Of a stretch of DNA of 39,909 nt, positions 34,354 through 39,909 are shown in pieces; the first letter of the stretch is position 1, and every line of letters starts with the position of its first letter. Source of the DNA: a virus (Duplodnaviria > Caudoviricetes); IMG/VR virus record IMGVR_UViG_3300037484_001115, positions 1 to 39,909 of that record; one strand, given 5' to 3'. The notes beneath the pieces were generated by a model. It searched no databases and was not told the origin of the DNA. It was given only the letters and a program-made list of their open reading frames with translations. Made by a program: the position numbers and the translations under genes.

Positions 34354-34645
34354 TTTTTCCTTTAATTAAAGCATAGGTCAAATATAACCCAGAGACAATC
34401 CAACCAAAGGAAATCCAGTTCCACATAATTCGAGTTAGTCTTACGGTTTCAAAATTTTCTGGTTTGATTGCATCAATCAACCCATAAATAATCAGCATCC
34501 CAACATGAAATGCTGCAAACAAAGTAAACAGGGCCATCGCCTTAGTTATCCCATTTTTCTTTTGTAGAAAAAGAGAAATGGCCCCAGTCAAGAATCCAAA
34601 AAATAAAATACCGTTCAAAATTACTCTAATTCCCAGTACGTCCAA
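34343..34645 (-). CDS. 3-TM membrane protein (holin-like size)
   Basis: Three hydrophobic helices in 100 aa. Confidence 0.55.
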   Translation of the reverse strand: MDVLGIRVILNGILFFGFLTGAISLFLQKKNGITKAMALFTLFAAFHVGMLIIYGLIDAIKPENFETVRLTRIMWNWISFGWIVSGLYLTYALIKGKNDD

Positions 34646-35234
34646 GTTCCTGCTCCAATCTTTCTATCTCTTCCTTGATTCTGTTTCTTTTGTTAATCAA
34701 AGGCAAACTATCATCGCCTTCAGCTAGTCTTTCTTCCAGGATATTTAAGTTCTTGTAATGTGCCATTAACTGCCTTTGTTTACTAGACCTATTTAGAGAA
34801 TTTCCTAATTGACCTACAACCTCTTCCCCTTTGTTTTGTACATGGGGGGAATCTAGTTTTTCCATTAAGGCCAGCATAATAGCCAGTTCAAATGTCTCAA
34901 ACCTTTCAGAGATTGCCGCCAGAACATCCCTAAAAGCATCATCCTTGAATAGATTTTTTTGTGCATAAGAGATAAGTATTTCGATGCGTTCAGATTGCCC
35001 CGCATACCGCTGTAAAACCTCCTGTAAACGTGTTTCTGCTCTATTTAATGCTTGTCTCTGTAACTCTCGATGCTGTCTCTCTAAATCAATCTTATCTTGT
35101 TCTAATTTGAGCGATTCAGATTTTAATTTTAATTCCTCTTCTTTGAGAAGATTGGCTTTATTTTGAGCCTCTAATAATTCAGTATTGACTTTAAGAAGAT
35201 TATGTAATTCTTGTAAGGCATCATCATCTGACAT
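34626..35234 (-). CDS. Coiled-coil hypothetical protein
   Basis: Likely start MSDDD at 35234; L/E/K heptad pattern. Confidence 0.6.
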   Translation of the reverse strand: MSDDDALQELHNLLKVNTELLEAQNKANLLKEEELKLKSESLKLEQDKIDLERQHRELQRQALNRAETRLQEVLQRYAGQSERIEILISYAQKNLFKDDAFRDVLAAISERFETFELAIMLALMEKLDSPHVQNKGEEVVGQLGNSLNRSSKQRQLMAHYKNLNILEERLAEGDDSLPLINKRNRIKEEIERLEQELGRTGN

Positions 35235-35370
35235 ACGAAAAATGCTCGTCAATTCAGCGAGTCAATTGACGAGCATCATTATAGATATTTTATGTCATTT
35301 ATGAAAAAAGACAATTGTTAGAAATTCTATGAATTATACCTTATAAAAATTTACTCTAATCATTTAACAC

Positions 35371-36558
35371 TGTCTTTAGACAATTTGATATTTATCTAAA
35401 ATAAGATATAATATTTGTATGCGTAAGAGTTATAAATACAGATTTTTTCCAACTAAACATCAGCGAACTTTACTTAACCAGACCCTTGAACATTGCCGAT
35501 GGGTTTATAACGAAACTTTGGCGATACGTAAAAATGCCTGGGAACAAAAAAAGAAAAATGTTTCTTACTACGATACCAAAAAGATGCTCCCTATCTGGAA
35601 GGAACAAAAGCCAGAACTGAATAATGTTCACTCCCAGGTTTTGCAAAATGTAACTGAACGGGTTGAATTGGCTTTTCAAGCCTTCTTCCGTCGAGTTAAA
35701 GCAGGTGAGAAGTCTGGTTATCCTCGCTTCAAAGGTTTTGGGCGGTATGATAGTTTTACCTTTACTCAGAGAGGGTTTAAGGTAGTCAATAACAGATTGC
35801 ATCTGTCTAAAATAGGTAATATTAAAATAAAACTTTATCGTCCAGTTGAAGGTAAAATCAAAACCTTGACTGTTCATCAGGATAGATTGGGCAACTGGTA
35901 TGCTTGTTTTTTTTGTGAAGTGGAACCTAAACCATTGTCTATATCTACTGAGATTGTAGGTATAGACTTGGGACTTAAGGAATTTGCTACTTTGTCTAAT
36001 GGGGAAGTTATTAAACGTCAACGATGGCTTAAACAAGATGAAAAAGACCTTAAACGAACTCAACGCAAGATTAGCAAGATTGATAAATATGACCCTAAAA
36101 GAAAGAAAACTATCAAAGATTTGAACCACATCCATACCCGTATCAAAAACCGTCGAGATAATTTTGCTCACCAAGAAAGTAGAAAACTGATTAATCGTTA
36201 TGGTTTGATTGTCTTTGAGAAATTGGATATTAACAAGATGCAAGCTAATGGCAACCGAACTATCAACAAAGGAATTGCTGATGTAGCTTGGGGTCAATTT
36301 GTGAGTAGAACTCACGTCAAAGCGGAAGAAGCTGGACGAGGGTTTATCCTGGTTGACCCCAAAAATACTACTCAACAATGTTCCGGCTGTGGTTCGATTG
36401 TCAAAAAAGATTTGTCTGTTCGTGTTCATGAATGTCCAAATTGTGGTCTAAAAATTGATAGAGACCTAAATGCTGCTATAAATATTTTGGCTCGTGGACT
36501 AGCGAGCTTTCGACTTAGAACGATAGAAGTCCCTGTTTTTTAACAGGGAAATAGTCAC
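35371..36558 (+). mobile_element. Non-autonomous IS200/IS605-family element (tnpB only); left boundary uncertain
   Basis: Right-end hairpin TCCCTGTT-tttt-AACAGGGA (36530-36549) then TAGTCAC ending 36558; small left hairpin TGTCT-TT-AGACA; no tnpA. Confidence 0.6.
35419..36543 (+). CDS. tnpB: RNA-guided endonuclease TnpB (IS200/IS605 family, solo IS1341-like)
   Basis: YKYRFFP HTH, GYPRFK, RuvC GIDLG / FEKL / DRDLNAAINI, Zn ribbon CSGC..CPNC. Confidence 0.95.
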   Translation: MRKSYKYRFFPTKHQRTLLNQTLEHCRWVYNETLAIRKNAWEQKKKNVSYYDTKKMLPIWKEQKPELNNVHSQVLQNVTERVELAFQAFFRRVKAGEKSGYPRFKGFGRYDSFTFTQRGFKVVNNRLHLSKIGNIKIKLYRPVEGKIKTLTVHQDRLGNWYACFFCEVEPKPLSISTEIVGIDLGLKEFATLSNGEVIKRQRWLKQDEKDLKRTQRKISKIDKYDPKRKKTIKDLNHIHTRIKNRRDNFAHQESRKLINRYGLIVFEKLDINKMQANGNRTINKGIADVAWGQFVSRTHVKAEEAGRGFILVDPKNTTQQCSGCGSIVKKDLSVRVHECPNCGLKIDRDLNAAINILARGLASFRLRTIEVPVF

Positions 36559-36585
36559 AAAGCATAAGAATTTATCTTAATACTG

Positions 36586-37527
36586 TTATGAACGAATATC
36601 CTTATAAACTCTTATCAATCGATTAAGGAAAGTCTGTTTGCAGTCAATGTTTCGAGTAGGGGAATCCCCAAAATGCTCAATAACCGCCATTGCTGCCTTT
36701 GCTGATGACCCCCCTCCATTCTTCAAAACTGCCGCAGAATACCCTACCATTCCTAATGCCTGTTTCACATAATCGGCAGATTCGTCAACTGCTTGTAACC
36801 ATTTTCTTAAATCTTGATTACCTGAAATAATGAGTTTAATCAATTCTAACTCAGGGACTTTTTCAATTGAATCCCCATTGAAAGAGCCATCTAAAGCCTG
36901 CTGTAAATACCTAACAAATTGACGAGCATTTCCTCCAGATAATCCAATGACTTGATTTTTAGTCTTTTCATCAAGCTTGCAAGGGGTATTTGTTCTTTTC
37001 TCGTGCCCTACACATATCCATCCTGCCAACTTTTCAAATTCAGTTAAAGAAGGAGAGGTTAATCGAAATTCTGTTAATCGACTTCTGAGGGTAGGAATCA
37101 ATTTCTCAGGATGGGTTGTGCAAGCCACAAAAAGGACATGTTCTGGTACAGGCTCAATTGTGACTAATAATCCGCTTTGAGCCTCTTCACTCAACTTGTG
37201 GATTTCATCCAAGAAGTAAACTCGATATTTAGAATCTAAAGGAAGATAATTGATAGTGGCATTGATGGAATTTCTAACATAGTCAATCCCTGTTTTATCA
37301 CCGCAATTATATGGGTTCCCATCATAGGGTTGACCCAAGACAGCCTCAATATACATCCTGGCAATAGTGGTCTTACCTATACCAGAATCACCAGAGAATA
37401 AAACCTCTTGAATGATTTTACCTTTGCTTACATTATCCAAAAGAGTTTGAGCTACTTTCCGTTGAGTCTCTCCGATAAGCTGCTTGGGGTTTTTGGGTCT
37501 GTAGATTTCTGAAAATGAATCGCTCAT
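36586..37527 (-). CDS. DNA polymerase III gamma/tau-like clamp-loader AAA+ ATPase
   Basis: YRPK...LIG, GDSGIGKT, LDEIH, LRSRL, GNAR; AAGGAGG before MSDSF (37527). Confidence 0.85.
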   Translation of the reverse strand: MSDSFSEIYRPKNPKQLIGETQRKVAQTLLDNVSKGKIIQEVLFSGDSGIGKTTIARMYIEAVLGQPYDGNPYNCGDKTGIDYVRNSINATINYLPLDSKYRVYFLDEIHKLSEEAQSGLLVTIEPVPEHVLFVACTTHPEKLIPTLRSRLTEFRLTSPSLTEFEKLAGWICVGHEKRTNTPCKLDEKTKNQVIGLSGGNARQFVRYLQQALDGSFNGDSIEKVPELELIKLIISGNQDLRKWLQAVDESADYVKQALGMVGYSAAVLKNGGGSSAKAAMAVIEHFGDSPTRNIDCKQTFLNRLIRVYKDIRS

Positions 37528-37739
37528 TGGACCTCCTTGATCCATTGCTTAACTATATTTTCTTCACCGTAATCTTGCCCATTAGCTAAAGTATAAGCTA
37601 GAAGTCTGAGATTGGTTAATGCTTGCATTTTCTTATGGTTTCTGCTTCCATTGGGTTGTCTATTGCTCCAAGTTAAATATTCTGTGTCTACAAGTTCATC
37701 ATTCAGATAAAAGCTCGTCAGTGAGCAAGCCCTCAACAT
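37524..37739 (-). CDS. Hypothetical protein
   Basis: 71 aa; AGGAGG upstream. Confidence 0.5.
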   Translation of the reverse strand: MLRACSLTSFYLNDELVDTEYLTWSNRQPNGSRNHKKMQALTNLRLLAYTLANGQDYGEENIVKQWIKEVQ

Positions 37740-38148
37740 TGCGAAATCCTCCTGATTTCATTTTGGATTTAACATCCTGATACCACTGTTGGATGTCACG
37801 AAAATTAAAAATATTCAGCAGATAAACAAGGCATAGTGACCTTATTATCTTTTGGTGGCACTTATGATGTAATAAAAGACAATTGTAAGACGAATGGATA
37901 AGCTCTGGTTTTTCCAGATTAGAAGCATCTTTTCTGCTGATTAGAGCATGATGAAGTTCTGAGGTATTATCTAAATCCTGCCCACAAACACATTTACCAT
38001 CCTGATTGATGAATTGACAGATTCTTAAGTAAAGTTGAAATCTACCCCAATCTTCAATTCCTTTAGAATCTAAAACAAGTGGCGATTGTAAAGGGAATGA
38101 CCATCCCTGCTGGTCAACAATTTCTAGTAGAAGTGTTTCGTCAAGCAT
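37699..38148 (-). CDS. HNH-like (His-Me) nuclease-domain protein
   Basis: CVCG...ELHH...NCLLLHHKCH. Confidence 0.55.
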   Translation of the reverse strand: MLDETLLLEIVDQQGWSFPLQSPLVLDSKGIEDWGRFQLYLRICQFINQDGKCVCGQDLDNTSELHHALISRKDASNLEKPELIHSSYNCLLLHHKCHQKIIRSLCLVYLLNIFNFRDIQQWYQDVKSKMKSGGFRNVEGLLTDELLSE

Positions 38149-38305
38149 TTTTTAATTCTGGTTTTTGACTGGTCTTAATTATAAACCAATTAGAACCACA
38201 TTTTGGGCAGCTATAAATATGTTCGGCTAATTTGGGATTCTTTTCTAAAGGAAGAACAAAACCTTTCCAACCACAATCAGGACAATTTAACTTTGTTGCC
38301 TTCAT
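38141..38305 (-). CDS. Small Zn-ribbon protein (54 aa)
   Basis: Not in ORF track. MKATKLNCPDCGWKG...CPKCGS. Confidence 0.6.
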   Translation of the reverse strand: MKATKLNCPDCGWKGFVLPLEKNPKLAEHIYSCPKCGSNWFIIKTSQKPELKNA

Positions 38306-38520
38306 AATAACCCAAAGTACCCTTCTTGAATATTGCTATCAGATTTAACATTAAATGAGCAACCCTTGAACAATGTTTCCTCGTTTGGATGAACCAAAAC
38401 ACATCCGGGTTGCCTATGAAATCTCTTTTCAAATCTGACAGTGGCCCATTCTAGGTCTGTCTGAATAGGTCGGTCTCCATTATCTCTGAACCAATAAAGA
38501 AATTCAGCTTTGATATTCAT
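38302..38520 (-). CDS. Hypothetical protein
   Basis: 72 aa, coupled. Confidence 0.6.
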   Translation of the reverse strand: MNIKAEFLYWFRDNGDRPIQTDLEWATVRFEKRFHRQPGCVLVHPNEETLFKGCSFNVKSDSNIQEGYFGLL

Positions 38521-38732
38521 TTTATATTCTCTAAATCAATTTGTTGAAAATCTTTACAAGTTTTAGCTTTCAATTGACATTCCCTATAGGATTCTTCTGC
38601 ATCTATATTTAATATATCCCAATAACCCAAATTACATCCAAGAGTAGTGTCATATCCAGGTGTCATATCCGAATAACCTTTTTCTCCCGGATTAAAATAG
38701 AAATTTTTACAAAATAAACAAAGCTTTTCCAT
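38517..38732 (-). CDS. Cys-rich hypothetical protein
   Basis: CLFCK...C...C...CKDF. Confidence 0.6.
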   Translation of the reverse strand: MEKLCLFCKNFYFNPGEKGYSDMTPGYDTTLGCNLGYWDILNIDAEESYRECQLKAKTCKDFQQIDLENIK

Positions 38733-38739
38733 ATTTACC

Positions 38740-39120
38740 TCAATTTAACAGTTTTGAACAAATGCGATAAACAGTCAAATAATACTTATCATAATACCAA
38801 ACATTCAACAGATAGCTTCCAGCGGGCATTTTGAATTGTTCACCAATCTTGTGAGACAATCCAGCGGCCCCAATATTGTGTTCCGATACAACTTCAAAAG
38901 AGGCTGTTTTTCCATCGGGGCCTATGCCAGTGTAGCTGTCACCTTCTGCCACAAAGAATGACTTTGATTCTGATACTTCTTCCAGATTGAACGACTTGAT
39001 ATTGTGGTCATCTGCTATAATCTGAATTTGGTGAACCACAGAAGGAGGGAATTTATCTTTAAGTTGTTTTGAGATTCTAAGTTTCATTTTATTCTCCTGC
39101 CAGAAGTACGTCATTTTCAA
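38740..39120 (-). CDS. Hypothetical protein
   Basis: Likely start MKLRIS after AGGAG. Confidence 0.6.
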   Translation of the reverse strand: MKMTYFWQENKMKLRISKQLKDKFPPSVVHQIQIIADDHNIKSFNLEEVSESKSFFVAEGDSYTGIGPDGKTASFEVVSEHNIGAAGLSHKIGEQFKMPAGSYLLNVWYYDKYYLTVYRICSKLLN

Positions 39121-39319
39121 AAATCTGCTGCATCTTGAAATTAGCCCAAATAAATCCAGCCTGTAAAATCTCCAAAATCGCTGGACTTAAAAGGTCATAA
39201 ACAGAGTATCTTTTTGCTTGCCCATACTTCCACAAAGTCACCTGCCAGCCTCGATTTTCTTGATAATGGATGGTGGCAAATTCACCAGTATATTTTTGTG
39301 GACAAAAGACAGCGGTCAT
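39089..39319 (-). CDS. Hypothetical protein
   Basis: GAGGA RBS. Confidence 0.55.
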   Translation of the reverse strand: MTAVFCPQKYTGEFATIHYQENRGWQVTLWKYGQAKRYSVYDLLSPAILEILQAGFIWANFKMQQIFENDVLLAGE

Positions 39320-39325
39320 AATTCC

Positions 39326-39610
39326 TCAATTCTGATAGGTTTCATCGTCCACATAATGCAATTGTGAACAATCAACCTTATTCAAGATTTCTTCGTTGAC
39401 ATTCAGATAGGTGGTGATGGGCTGTTTTTCGATTACCTCACCATTCTCAAAAATCTTGTGCCAATGCCCTGTATTTTCGCTGTAAGTAGATTTGTTACTA
39501 TGGGGACGGATTAGATTCTTCACCCGGCGCTTGTCTATCCCTAAAATTTCACAATCAGTTCGAGCATCTTTGGATGAGACATAAAAAAGGTTGACCATTA
39601 TTTTTGACAT
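39326..39610 (-). CDS. Hypothetical early protein
   Basis: Start MSKIM after GGAG, downstream of promoter. Confidence 0.6.
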   Translation of the reverse strand: MSKIMVNLFYVSSKDARTDCEILGIDKRRVKNLIRPHSNKSTYSENTGHWHKIFENGEVIEKQPITTYLNVNEEILNKVDCSQLHYVDDETYQN

Positions 39611-39648
39611 TTTTCTATCTCCAAAATTTAATTTCTGATTACATGAGA

Positions 39649-39677
39649 ATTGTAACATAGAAATTAAATTTTGTCAA
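39649..39677 (-). promoter_or_regulatory. Sigma70-type promoter (early-like family)
   Basis: TTGACA-17-TACAAT with TATGT. Confidence 0.75.
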
Positions 39678-39694
39678 TAGGCAATTAACATAAA

Positions 39695-39909
39695 TTAGAA
39701 AATAATCAACTGTTCATCTGACTTATTTCTGGGAATATATTTTATATAATCTTCCCAACTAAAAGAAACATACCAACGTCTTACTACATATTTTTGAAAT
39801 TTTAATAAATCTTGTCTTGTATTATCATAGACCATAGGCCAGGGCCAAACTCCCCTTTCTACCATCTTGTCAAAACGATAAAAAATCCTCTCCCATGTTT
39901 CAGTTGGGT
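39695..39909 (-). CDS. C-terminal end of a protein truncated by the window edge, possibly radical-SAM-like
   Basis: ...PTETWERIFYRF...WPWPMVYD...KFQKYVVRRWY...WEDY*; family guess is from the C-terminal pattern only. Confidence 0.4.
   Translation of the reverse strand, partial: PTETWERIFYRFDKMVERGVWPWPMVYDNTRQDLLKFQKYVVRRWYVSFSWEDYIKYIPRNKSDEQLIIF

Noticed and set aside
35470-36429. 319-aa ORF antisense to tnpB
   Set aside because: Shadow frame of a clear gene; F/S/I-rich with no motifs
1-39909. Stop-codon recoding or suppressor tRNA
   Set aside because: Core genes are intact in code 11 and end in TAA, TAG and TGA; the only clear tRNA is Arg(UCU)
1-39909. CRISPR array, diversity-generating retroelement or retron
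   Set aside because: No regularly spaced repeats, no reverse transcriptase and no template/variable repeat pair seen

Overview
About 40 kb of an AT-rich tailed (Caudoviricetes-like) phage genome that reads in the standard genetic code. Most genes are on the minus strand. From 29.9 kb down to 21.3 kb is a head module: small terminase, large terminase, portal, head morphogenesis protein, an 822-aa protease/scaffold polyprotein and a Cys-rich major capsid protein. Neck or tail genes do not follow it. Instead, about 21 kb of co-oriented genes encode six predicted glycosyltransferases, six SAM methyltransferases (five in tandem), RmlC, RmlD and a BKACE/DUF849 enzyme, mixed with many small ORFs and three GIY-YIG/NUMOD3 homing endonucleases. 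At 30-34 kb are sigma70-type promoters, small early-type genes and a non-coding island with tRNA-Arg(UCU), an anticodon-less tRNA-like RNA and other stem-closed RNA domains. At 35-40 kb are a solo TnpB, a DnaX-like clamp-loader ATPase and small genes. Best leads: (1) a possible O-methylated-rhamnose virion glycosylation system; (2) a 14-bp palindrome ATTTAA-NN-TTAAAT found at 8 exact sites plus 1 near site; (3) a homing endonuclease apparently inserted in the last codons of the capsid gene, with a synonymous recoded duplicate of the end; (4) the tRNA-mimic/ncRNA island. All family assignments come from motif recognition by eye; no database searches were run.
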